Shown here: in pieces, positions 63,974-64,000 of the stretch
How positions within the stretch are numbered: the stretch's first letter is position 1
Layout of the letters: every line of letters starts with the position of its first letter
Assembly (NCBI RefSeq): GCF_003018255.1
Contig: NZ_CP027440.1
DNA length: 64,000 nucleotides
Direction: 5' to 3' (one strand)
Origin: Escherichia coli
Lineage (GTDB): Bacteria; Pseudomonadota; Gammaproteobacteria; Enterobacterales; Enterobacteriaceae
Translations under genes and position numbers: made by a program
Notes under the pieces: generated by a model
What the model was told of the DNA's origin: nothing
The model's database searches: none
What the model saw: the letters and a program-made list of their open reading frames with translations, nothing else

Positions 63974-64000
63974 ACAATTTCCTTATTGATTGTGGAAGCT

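Overview
This window is an Enterobacteriaceae (E. coli/Shigella-type) chromosomal segment. From 1 to about 56.7 kb it is collinear with the well-known groESL to rplI core region: yjeH(partial)-groS-groL-yjeI-yjeJ-epmB-efp-ecnAB-gdx-blc-ampC-frdDCBA-epmA-yjeMNO-mscM-psd-rsgA-orn-3x tRNA-Gly-queG-nnr-tsaE-amiB-mutL-miaA-hfq-hflXKC-yjeT-purA-nsrR-rnr-rlmB-yjfIJKLMC-aidB-yjfN-bsmA-yjfP-ulaR-ulaG-ulaABCDEF-yjfY-rpsF-priB-rpsR-rplI. Gene identities come from my recognition of the translated ORFs and start-codon inspection; no database search was run, and hand-derived coordinates could be off by a few bases. It is not K-12 itself (for example AmpC begins MFKM rather than MFKT, from memory). Downstream of the rplI terminator (about 56.7 kb to the window end) the sequence no longer matches what I remember of K-12 (yjfZ/ytfA/ytfB) and looks accessory and AT-richer. 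It carries (i) a two-gene module of an XRE-type HTH protein and a HipA-family kinase, which I consider the best candidate for an undescribed toxin-antitoxin or abortive-infection system, preceded by a 17-bp perfect palindrome and a 24-bp direct repeat; and (ii) a minus-strand three-gene operon of a fused CoA-transferase, a 690-aa FrdA/SdhA-like FAD flavoprotein and an MFS transporter. The yjfIJKLMC cluster (PspA-like plus DUF proteins plus an ATP-grasp ligase) is conserved but functionally unexplained. No IS elements, integrases, CRISPR arrays or rRNA genes were seen.
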